DNA of 64,000 bases from Torpedo marmorata. Its lineage: Eukaryota. Every line of letters starts with the position of its first letter. The stretch's first letter is position 1. Shown one piece after another: positions 52,701 to 64,000 of this stretch. The notes beneath the pieces were generated by a model. It was not told the origin of the DNA and did not search any database. It saw only the letters and a program-made list of their open reading frames with translations. The position numbers and the translations under genes were made by a program. The stretch is from the NCBI GenBank assembly GCA_977017645.1, contig OZ360228.1, positions 87,420,001 through 87,484,000 of the forward strand, given 5' to 3'.

Positions 52701-55700
52701 TGACACAGCAGACCTAACAATGAAAGAACATGGCAGTAAGTTTAAAATTCCGTCCATGAAAATGCCATCATTTGAATTTACTCTTCCCAAGTTCAAAGGT
52801 AAAGATGTGGATGTGGGTCTGAAGAAGGCAGATGTGGACTTATCACTGGAAAAGCCAGATGTGGATATTTCACTGAAAAAGCCTGAAGTGGACACAAAGA
52901 ATGAAATGCTGGATGTTGCTGCTACAGAGGATGATGATGAGATGTTGACTGCAGATGTTGATATTAAAAGCAAAGGAAAGAAAATCAAAATACCTAAATT
53001 TAAAGGGCCATTAATTGGGATTACAGCACCTGATTTGACACCTCCGAAAATGAGCCTTGATGTGAGCCTGCCCAAGATGGACATTTTTCTCTCTAAAACA
53101 GATGGAGATTTCAAGATGCCAGAAGGAGATATAAAAGCGGGCAAGTTAGAAGCTGATCTCGAGGCGAGAGTCAAAGATGTTTCAGGCCCAGAAATGGGTT
53201 ATAAAATGCCCAAGATTGAGAAACAATCCATTGAAATGGAACTTCCAAAGGTGGAAGGTAAATTGGATGTTGATGTGGGGATGTCGAAGCCTGATCTGGA
53301 TGATTCAGCTCCAGAACTGACAGTGGACATGAATGCTCCGGTGACTCACATCCATGCACCATCAATAGACGCAGATATTGACAAAGCCGACCTAAAAATG
53401 AAAGATCATGGCGGTAAGTTTAAACTTCCATCCATGAAAATACCGTCATTTGGGATTAATCTTCCCAAGTTCAAAGGTAAAGATGTGGATGTGGGACTGA
53501 AAAAGCCAGATGTGGACATTTCACTGAAAAAGACAGATGTGGACATTTCACTGCATAAGCCTGAAGAGTACGTAAAGAGTGAAATGCTGGATGTTGCTGC
53601 TACAGAGGATGATGATGAGATGTTGACTGCAGATGTTGATATTAAAAGCAAAGGAAAGAAAATCAAAATACCTAAATTTAAAGGGCCATTAATTGGGATT
53701 ACTGCACCTGATTTGACACCTCCGAAAATGAGCCTTGACGTGACCCTGTCCAAGATTGACATTTCTCTCTCTAAAACAGATGGAGATTTCAAGATGCCAG
53801 AAGGAGATATAAAAGCGGGCAAGTTAGAAGCTGATCTCGAGGCGAGAGTCAAAGATGTTTCAGGCCCAGAAATGGGTTATAAAATGCCCAAGATTGAGAA
53901 ACAATCCATTGAAATGGAACTTCCAAAGGTGGAAGGTAAATTGGATGTTGATGTGGGGATGTCGAAGCCTGATCTGGATGATTCAGCTCCAGAACTGACA
54001 GTGGACATGAATGCTCCGGTAACTCACATCCATGCACCATCAATAGACGCAGATGTTGACACAGCCGACCTAACAATGAAAGATCAAGGCGGTAAGTTTA
54101 AACTTCCATCCATGAAAATGCCATCATTAGGGATTAATCTTCCCAAGTTCAAAGGTAAAGATGTGGAGGTCGGTCTGAAGAAGGCAGATGTGGACTTATC
54201 ACTGGAAAAGCCAGATGTGGACATTTCACTGAAAAAGCCAGATGTGGACATTTCACTGCAAAAGCCTGAAGAGGTCGTAAAGAGTGAAATGCTGGATGTG
54301 GCTGCTACAGAGGATGATGTTGACATGTTCACTGCAGAATTTGATATTAAAGGCAAAGGAAAGAAAATAAAAATACCTAAATTTGAAGGGCCATCACTTG
54401 GGATTACTGCACCTCACCTGAAATCTCAGAAACTGAGCCTTGATGTGAGCCTGCCCAAGGTTGACCTTTCTCTCCCTAAAACAGATGGGGATTTCAAGTT
54501 GCCTGAAGGAGATATAAAAGCGGACAAGTTAGAAGCTGATCTAGAGGCGAGAGTCAAAGATGTTTCAGGCCCAGAAATTGGTTATAAAATGCCCAAGATT
54601 GAGAAACAATCCATTGAAATGGAACTTCCAAAGGTGGAAGGTAAATTGGATGTTGATGTGGGGATATCGAAGCCTGATCTGGATGATTCAGCTCCAGAAC
54701 TGACAGTGGACATGAATGCTCCGGTGACTCACATCCATGCACCAACAATAGACGCAGATGTTGACACAGCCGACCTAACAATGAAAGAACATGGCAGTAA
54801 GTTTAAAATTCCGTCCATGAAAATGCCATCATTTGAATTTACTCTTCCCAAGTTCAAAGGTAAAGATGTGGATGTGGGTCTGAAGAAGGCAGATGTGGAC
54901 TTATCACTGAAAAAGTCAGATGTGGATATTTCACTGAAAAAGCCTGAAGTGGACACAAAGAGTGAAATGCTGGATGTTGCTGCTACAGAGGATGATGATG
55001 AGATGTTGACTGCAGATGTTGATATTAAAAGCAAAGGAAAGAAAATCAAAATACCTAAATTTAAAGGGCCATTAATTGGGATTACAGCACCTGATCTGAC
55101 ACCTCCGAAAATGAGCCTTGATGTGAGCCTGCCCAAGATGGACATTTCTCTCTCTAAAACAGATGGAGATTTCAAGATGCCAGAAGGAGATATAAAAGCG
55201 GGCAAGTTAGAAGCTGATCTCGAGGCGAGAGTCAAAGATGTTTCAGGCCCAGAAATGGGTTATAAAATGCCCAAGATTGAGAAACAATCCATTGAAATGG
55301 AACTTCCAAAGGTGGAAGGTAAATTGGATGTTGATGTGGGGATGTCGAAGCCTGATCTGGATGATTCAGCTCCAGAACTGACAGTGGACATGAATGCTCC
55401 GGTGACTCACATCCATGCACCATCAATAGACGCAGATGTTGACACAGCCGACCTAAAAATGAAAGATCATGGCGGTAAGTTTAAACTTCCATCCATGAAA
55501 ATGCCGTCATTTGGGATTAATCTTCCCAAGTTCAAAGGTAAAGATGTGGATGTGGGACTGAATAAGCCAGATGTGGACATTTCACTGAAAAAGCCAGATG
55601 TGGACATTTCACTGCATAAGCCTGAAGAGTACGTAAAGAGTGAAATGCTGGATGTTGCTGCTACAGAGGATGATGATGAGATGTTGACTGCAGATGTTGA

Positions 55701-58700
55701 TATTAAAAGCAAAGGAAAGAAAATCAAAATACCTAAATTTAAAGGGCCATTAATTGGGATTACTGCAAGTGATTTGACACCTCCGAAAATGAGCCTTGAC
55801 GTGAGCCTGCCCAAGATTGACATTTCTCTCTCTAAAACAGATGGAGATTTCAAGATGCCAGAAGGAGATATAAAAGCGGGCAAGTTAGAAGCTGATCTCG
55901 AGGCGAGAGTCAAAGATGTTTCAGGCCCAGAAATGGGTTATAAAATGCACAAGATTGAGAAACAATCCATTGAAATGGAACTTCCAAAGGTGGAAGGTAA
56001 ATTGGATGTTGATGTGGGGATGTCGAAGCCTGATCTGGATGATTCAGCTCCAGAACTGACAGTGGACATGAATGCTCCGGTGACTCACATCCATGCACCA
56101 ACAATAGACGCAGATGTTGACACAGCCGACCTAAAACTGAAAGATCATGGCGGTAAGTTTAAAATTCCGTCCATGAAAATGCCATCATTTGAATTTACTC
56201 TTCCCAAGTTCAAAGGTAAAGATGTGGAGGTGGGTCTGAAGAAGGCAGATGTGGACTTATCACTGGAAAAGCCAGATGTGGACATTTCACTGAAAAAGCC
56301 AGATGTGGACATTTCACTGAAAAAGCCAGATGTGGACATTTCACTGAAAAAGCCAGATGTGGACATTTCACTGCAAACGCCTGAAGAGGTCGTAAAGAGT
56401 GAAATGCTGGATGTGGCTGCTACAGAGGATGATGTTGACATGTTCACTGCAGAATTTGATATTAAAGGCAAAGGAAAGAAAATAAAAATACCTAAATTTG
56501 AAGGGCCATCACTTGGGATTACTGCACCTCACCTGAAATCTCAGGAAATGAGCCTTGATGTGAGCCTGCCCAAGGTTGACCTTTCTCTCCCTAAAACAGA
56601 TGGGGATTTCAAGTTGCCAGAAGGAGATATAAAAGCGGACAAGTTAGTAGCTGATCTAGAGGCGAGAGTCAAAGATGTTTCAGGCCCAGAAATTGGTTAT
56701 AAAATGCCCAAGATTGAGAAACAATCCATTGAAATGGAACTTCCAAAGGTGGAAGGTAAATTGTATGTTGATGTGGGGATATCGAAGCCTGATCTGGATG
56801 ATTCAGCTCCAGAACTGACAGTGGACATGAATGCTCCGGTAACTCACATCCATGCACCAACAATAGACGCAGATGTTGACACAGCCGACCTAACAATGAA
56901 AGAACATGGCAGTAAGTTTAAAATTCCGTCCATGAAAATGCCATCATTTGAATTTACTCTTCCCAAGTTCAAAGGTAAAGATGTGGATGTGGGTCTGATG
57001 AAGGCAGGTGTGGACTTATCACTGGAAAAGCCAGATGTGGATATTTCTCTGAAAAAGCCTGAAGTGGACACAAAGAGTGAAATGCTGGATGTTGCTGCTA
57101 CAGAGGATGATGATGAGATGTTGACTGCAGATGTTGATATTAAAAGCAAAGGAAAGAAAATCAAAATACCTAAATTTAAAGGGCCATTAATTGGGATTAC
57201 AGCACCTGATTTGACACCTCCGAAAATGAGCCTTGATGTGAGCCTGCCCAAGATGGACATTTCTCTCTCTAAAACAGATGGAGATTTCAAGATGCCAGAA
57301 GGAGATATAAAAGCGGGCAAGTTAGAAGCTGATCTCGAGGCGAGAGTCAAAGATGTTTCAGGCCCAGAAATGGGTTATAAAATGCCCAAGATTGAGAAAC
57401 AATCCATTGAAATGGAACTTCCAAAGGTGGAAGATAAATTGGATGTTGATGTGGGGATGTCGAAGCCTGATCTGGATGATTCAGCTCCAGAACTGACAGT
57501 GGACATGAATGCTCCGGTGACTCACATCCATGCACCATCAATAGACGCAGATGTTGACACAGCCGACCTAAAAATGAAAGATCATGGCGGTAAGTTTAAA
57601 CTTCCATCCATGAAAATGCCGTCATTTGGGATTAATCTTCCCAAGTTCAAAGGTAAAGATGTGGATGTGGGACTGAATAAGCCAGATGTGGACATTTCAC
57701 TGAAAAAGCCAGATGTGGACATTTCACTGCATAAGCCTGAAGAGTACGTAAAGAGTGAAATGCTGGATGTTGCTGCTACAGAGGATGATGATGAGATGTT
57801 GACTGCAGATGTTGATATTAAAAGCAAAGGAAAGAAAATCAAAATACCTAAATTTAAAGGGCCATTAATTGGGATTACTGCAACTGATTTGACACCTCCG
57901 AAAATGAGCCTTGACGTGAGCCTGCCCAAGATTGACATTTCTCTCTCTAAAACAGATGGAGATTTCAAGATGCCAGAAGGAGATATAAAAGCGGGCAAGT
58001 TAGAAGCTGATCTCGAGGCGAGAGTCAAAGATGTTTCAGGCCCAGAAATGGGTTATAAAATGCACAAGATTGAGAAACAATCCATTGAAATGGAACTTCC
58101 AAAGGTGGAAGGTAAATTGGATGTTGATGTGGGGATGTCGAAGCCTGATCTGGATGATTCAGCTCCAGAACTGACAGTGGACATAAATGCTCCGGTGACT
58201 CACATCCATGCACCATCAATAGACGCAGATGTTGACACAGCCGACCTAAAAATGAAAGATCATGGCGGTAAGTTTAAACTTCCATCCATGAAAATGCCGT
58301 CATTTGGGATTAATCTTCCCACCTTCAAAGGTCAAGATGTGGATGTGGGACTGAAAAAGCTAGATGTGGACATTTCACTGAAAACGCCAGATGTGGACAT
58401 TTCACTGAAAAAGCCAAATGTGGACATTTCACTGAAAAAGCCTGAAGAGGACGTAAAGAGTGAAATGCTGGAGGTGGCTGCTACAGAGGATGATGTTGAC
58501 ATGTTCACTGCAGATTTTGATATTAAAGGCAAAGGAAAGAAAATAAAAATATCTAAATTTAAAGGGCCATCACTTGGGATTACTGCACCTCATCTGAAAT
58601 CTCAGGAAATGAGCCTTGATGTGAGCGTGCCCAAGGTTGACATTTCTTTCCCTAAAACAGATGTGGATATCAAGTTGCCAGAAGGGGATATAAAAGCGGG

Positions 58701-61700
58701 CAAGTTAGAAGCTGATCTCGAGGCTAGAGTCAAAGATGTTTCAGGCCCAGAAACGGGTTATAAAATGCCCAAGATTGAGAAACAATCCATTGAAATGGTA
58801 CTTCCAACGGTGGAAGGTAAATTTGATGTTGATTTGGGGATGTCGAAGCCTGATCTGGATGATTCAGCTCCAGAACTGACAGTGGACATGAATGCTCCGG
58901 TAACTCACATCCATGCACCAACAATAGACGCAGATGTTGACACAGCCGACCTAACAATGAAAGAACATGGCAGTAAGTTTAAAATTCCGTCCATGAAAAT
59001 GCCATCATTTGAATTCACTCTTCCCAAGTTCAAAGGTAAAGATGTGGATGTGGGTCTGAAGAAGCCAGATGTGGACTTATCACTGGAAAAGCCAGATGTG
59101 GATATTTCACTGAAAAAGCCTGAAGTGGACACAAAGAGTGAAATGCTGGATGTTGCTGCTACAGAGGATGATGATGAGATGTTGACTGCAGATGTTGATA
59201 TTAAAAGCAAAGGAAAGAAAATCAAAATACCTAAATTTAAAGGGCCATTAATTGGGATTACTGCACCTGATTTGACACCTCCGAAAATGAGCCTTGATGT
59301 GAGCCTGCCCAAAATGGACATTTCTCTCTCTAAAATAGATGGAGATTTCAAGATGCCAGAAGGAGATATAAAAGCGGGCAAGTTAGAAGCTGATGTCGAA
59401 GCTAGAGTCAAAGATGTTTCAGGCCCAGAAACGAGTTATAAAATGCCCAAGATTGAGAAACAATCCATTGAAATGGAACTTCCAACGGTGGAAGGTAAAT
59501 TTGATGTTGATTTGGGTACATCGAAACCTGAACTGGATGTTTCACATCCAGAACTGACAGTGCACATGAAAGCTCCAGGGACTTACAACCATGCACCAAC
59601 AATAGATGCAGATGTTGAAACAGCCGACCAAACAATGAAAGTACATGGCAGTAAGTTTAAAATTCCGTCCATAAAAATGCCATCATTTGGATTTACTCTT
59701 CCCAAGTTCAAAGGTAAAGATGTGGATGTAGGACAGAAAAAGCCTGATGTGGACATTTCACTGAAAAAGCCAGATGTGGACATTTCACTGCATAAGCCTG
59801 AAGAGTACGAAAAGAGTGAAATGCTGGATGTGCCTGCTACAGAGGGTGATGTTGACATGTTCACTGCCGATTTTAATATTAAAGGCAAAGGAAAGAAAAT
59901 AAAAATACCTAAATTTGAAGGGCCATCACTTGGGATTACCGCACCTCATCTGAAATCTCAGAAACTGAGCCTTGATGTAAGCCTGCCCAAGGTTGACATT
60001 TCTCTCCATAAAACAGATGGGGATTTCAAGTTGCCAGAAGGAGATATAAAAGCGGACAAGTTAGATGCTGATCTCGAGGCGAGAGTCAAAGATGTTTCAG
60101 GCCCAGAAATGGGTTATAAAATGCCCAAGATTGAGAAACAATCCATTGAAATGGAACTTCCAAAGGTGGAAGCTAAATTGGATGTTGATGTGGGGATGTC
60201 GAAGCCTGATCTGGATGATTCAGCTCCAGAACTGACAGTGGACATGAATGCTCCGGTGACTCACATCCATGCACCAACAATAGACGCAGATGTTGACACA
60301 GCCGACCTAACAATGAAAGAACATGGCAGTAAGTTTAAAATTCCGTCCATGAAAATGCCATCATTTGAATTTACTCTCCCCAAGTTCAAAGGTAAAGATG
60401 TGGATGTGGGTCTGAAAAAGCCAGATGTGGACTTATCACTGGAAAAGCCAGATGTGGATATTTCACTGAAAAAGCCTGAAGTGGACACAAAGAGTGAAAT
60501 GCTGGATGTTGCTGCTACAGAGGATGATGATGAGATGTTGACTGCAGATGTTGATATTAAAAGCAAAGGAAAGAAAATCAAAATACCTAAATTTAAAGGG
60601 CCATTAATTGGGATTACTGCACCTGATTTGACACCTCCGAAAATGAGCCTTGACTTGAGCCTGCCCAAGATTGACAGTTCTCTCTCTAAAACAGATGGAG
60701 ATTTCAAGATGCCAAAAGGAGATATAAAAGCGGGCAAGTTAGAAGCTGATCTCGAGGCGAGAGTCAAAGATGTTTCAGGCCCAGAAATGGGTTATAAAAT
60801 GCACAAGATTGAGAAACAATCCATTGAAATGGAACTTCCAAAGGTGGAAGGTAAATTGGATGTTGATGTTGGGATCTCGAAGCCTGATCTGGATGATTCA
60901 GCACCAGAAATGACAGTGGACATGAATGCTCCGGTGAGTCACATCCATGCACCAACAATAGACGAGGATGTTGACACAGCCGACCTAACAATGAAAGAAC
61001 ATGGCAGTAAGTTTAAAATTCTGTCCATGAAAATGCCATCATTTGAATTTACTCTTCCCAAGTTCAAAGGTAAAGATGTGGATGTGAGTCTGAAGAAGGC
61101 AGATGTGGACTTATCACTGGAAAAGCCAGATGTGGACATTTCACTGAAAAAGCCAGATGTGGACATTTCACTGAAAAAGCCAGATGTGGACATTTCACTG
61201 CAAAAGCCTGAAGAGGACGTAAAGAGTGAAATGCTGGATGTGGCTGCTACAGAGGATGATGTTGACATGTTCACTGCAGATTTTGATATTAAAGGCAAAG
61301 GAAAGAAAATAAAAATATCTAAATTTAAAGGGCCATCACTTGGGATTACTGCACCTCAACTGAAATCTCAGGAAATGAGCCTTGATGTGAGCCTGCCCAA
61401 GGTTGACATTTCTCTCCCTAAAACAGATGGGGATTTCAAGTTGCCAGAAGGGCAAATAAAAGCGGGCAAGTTAGAAGCTGATCTCGAAGCTAGAGTCAAA
61501 GATGTTTCAGGCCCAGAAACGAGTTATAAAATGCCCAAGATTGAGAAACAATCCATTGAAATGGTACTTCCAACGGTGGAAGGTAAATTTGATGTTGATT
61601 TGGGTACATCGAAACCTGAACTGGATGTTTCACATCCAGAACTGACAGTGGACATGAATGCTCCGGTGACTCACATCCATGCACCATCAATAGATGCAGA

Positions 61701-64000
61701 TGTTGAAACAGCCGACCAAACAATGAAAGTACATGGCAGTAAGTTTAAAATTCCGTCCATGAAAATGCCATCATTTGGATTTACTCTTCCCAAGTTCAAA
61801 GGTAAAGATGTGGGTCTGATGAAGCCAGATGTGGACTTATCTCTGGAAAAGCCAGATGTGGATATTTCAATGAAAAAGCCTGAAGTGGACACAAAGAGTG
61901 AAATGCTGGATGTTGCTGCTACAGAGGATGATGATGAGATGTTGACTGCAGATGTTGATATTAAAAGCAAAGGAAAGAAAATCAAAATACCTAAATTTAA
62001 AGGGCAATTAATTGGGATTACTGCACCTGATCTGACACCTCCGAAAATGAGCCTTGATGTGAGATTGCCCCAGGTTGACATTTCCCTCCATAAAACAGAT
62101 GTGGATTTCAAGTTGCCAGAAGGGCATAAGAAAGCCGATAAGTTAGAAGTTGATCTCCAGGCTGGAGTCATAGATGTGTCAGGCCCAGAAATGGTTCATA
62201 AAATGCACAAGATTGATAAATCATCCATTGAAATGGAACTTCCAAAGGTGGAAGGTAAATTTGATGTTGATGTGGGTATGTCGAAACCTGAACTGGATGT
62301 TTCAGGTCCAGAACTGACAGTGGACATGGAGGCTCCAGGGACTTACATCCATGCACCAACAATAGACGCAGATGTTGACACAGCCGACCTAACAATGAAA
62401 GAACATGGCAGTAAGTTTAAAATTCCGTCCATGAAAATGCCATCATTTGAATTTACTCTTCCCAAGTTCAAAGGTAAAGATGTGGATGTGGGTCTGAAGA
62501 AGGCAGATGTGGACTTATCACTGGAAAAGCCAGATGTGGATATTTCACTGAAAAAGCCTGAAGTGGACACAAAGAATGAAATGCTGGATGTTGCTGCTAC
62601 AGAGGATGATGATGAGATGTTGACTGCAGATGTTGATATTAAAAGCAAAGGAAAGAAAATCAAAATACCTGAATTTAAAGGGCCATCAATGGGGTATACT
62701 CCACCCGATGTGACAACTCCGAAAATGAGCCTGCCCAAGATTGACATTTCTCTCCCTAAAACAGATGTGGGTATCAAGTTTCCAGAAGGAGATATAAAAG
62801 CGGGCAAGTTAGAAGCTGATGTCGAGGCTGGAGTCAAAGATATTTCAGGCCCAGAAATGGCTTATAAAATGCCTAAGATTGAGAAACAATCCATTGAAAT
62901 GGAACTTCCAAAAGTGGAAGTTAAATTGGATGTTGATGTGGGGATGTCAAAGCCTGATCTGGATGTTTCAGCTCCAGAACTGACAGTGGACATGAATGCT
63001 CCGGTGACTCACATCCATGCATCAACAATAGACGCAGATGTTGACATAGCCGACCAAAAAATGAAAGATCATGGCGGTAAGTTTAAACTTCCATCCATGA
63101 AAATGAAATCATTTGGAATTAATGTTCCCACCTTCAAAGGTAAAGATGTGGATGTGAGTCTGAAGAAACCAGATGTGGACCTATCACTGAAAAAGCCAGA
63201 TGTGGACAGTTCACTGAAAAAGCCTGAACTGGACGTTCAGGCCGAAATGAATGATATCACTGCTCCAGAAGGTAATGTTGAGATGGACACTCCTGCCCAT
63301 TTTATGAAAAGCAGAGGAAAGAAATTCAAAATACCTAAATTTATAAGGCCACCAATTGGGTTTAAAGCGCCTGATCTGAAATCTCCAAAAATGAGCCTTG
63401 ATGTGAGCCTGCCCAAGGTTGATATTTCTCTCCCTAAAACAGATGTGGATTTCAAGTTGCCAGAAGGGGATATAAAAACAGAGAAGTTTGAAGCTGATAT
63501 CGTTGCTGGTGCCATGCATGTGACAGGTCCAGATTCAGGTCTTCAAATGCCCAAAATTGAAACGTCATCAATAGATATTGCCCCTCCAAAGGTGGAAGGT
63601 AAATTGGATGTTGCTGTGGGTGTTTCAAAGCCTGCACATGATGAATCAGCTCCTGAACGTTCAGTGGACATCACTGCGCCAAACTCTGATATCCATTCTC
63701 CAACAATCGATGCTGATATTGACTTGTCTGAACAGAAGACGAAAGGTAAATTCAAACTTCCATCTATTAACTTTCCATCATTTGGATTCTCTGTTCCCAA
63801 ATTCAAAGATCCTGATGTGGCTGTGGACATTAAGAAGCCCAATGTTGGTGTTTCATGTACAAACAATGACATGGAGGTAAAAGGTGATATTCTTAATGTA
63901 AGTGCTGCGGAGTGTGAGGTGAATTTAAACACACTGGATGCGGATATTGAAGGGAAAAGTGTGAAAATAAACCTTCCTAAATCTAAAGTTCCAATATCTG
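37726..64000 (+). CDS. AHNAK2: AHNAK2-like giant exon (exon 7 equivalent), open to window end, >8,750 codons
   Basis: cttctcctAG|GGA GCT GAA, phase 0 matching the preceding exon, frame +1. Early FSCPKFSAFKKSKELERSHRLSEPEERDEHGITTTCTDSE parallels AHNAK2 LSWPKF...RSHSSSE...DVSPTSTDTE, followed by KFKLPSMKMPSFG / PKVDISLP repeats. The track lists no frame +1 ORF here, which implies no stop; the last line still reads VKINLPKSKVPIS. Confidence 0.95.
39200..63900 (+). repeat. Coding tandem array, ~35 units of 678 bp (226 aa) plus degenerate ends
   Basis: Marker gtcaaagatgtttcaggcc recurs near 40235, 40913, 41591, 42269 and onward in steps of 678, with steps of 705/732/759 where the 27-bp KKPDVDISL sub-repeat is expanded and ~672/666 near the 3' end. 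Confidence 0.97.

Noticed and set aside
37998-63932. Dozens of repeated minus-strand ORFs (Ser/Thr/Phe-rich, MLVHGC...)
   Set aside because: Antisense shadows of the repetitive AHNAK2 frame; they recur with the 678-bp period and show no independent gene signals.
37726-64000. Calling the gene AHNAK (AHNAK1) or periaxin
   Set aside because: The upstream RPRPQGSSPVY exon, [16 protein letters not shown] and the post-PDZ PKF...RSH...TD(S/T)E segment match AHNAK2 specifically; phylogeny and synteny would confirm.

Overview
Vertebrate genomic DNA, most likely a cartilaginous fish (inferred from V-SINE/CR1/Rex1/L1 content). The window holds most of one + strand gene, an AHNAK2 orthologue. Five small phase-compatible exons (13340-24934) include the AHNAK2-type RPRPQGSSPVY motif and the periaxin/AHNAK-family PDZ-like domain. 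A giant exon follows, starting at 37726 and still open at base 64000 (>26 kb, >8,750 codons; absent from the ORF track because it has no stop). That exon is about 35 tandem 678-bp (226-aa) units with nested structure: a variable 27-bp sub-repeat, a 5-unit (3,390-bp) higher-order repeat and a 3-unit (~2.06-2.12 kb) higher-order repeat. Introns and upstream DNA are dense with transposons: the 5' end of a Gypsy element (LTR, tRNA-Pro PBS, gag), a solo LTR, one full-length but decayed L1, two truncated L1s, a Rex1/Babar LINE nested in an older one, CR1/SINE relics, MITEs, and a 35-bp satellite grown out of a CR1. The most unexpected item is a TA-flanked Tc1/mariner-superfamily non-autonomous transposon (5113-5999) that appears to have captured the 5' coding end of DMRT1 (MPN...KKSPR-LPKCARCRNHGYV). 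No searches were run; family names rest on recognised motifs.
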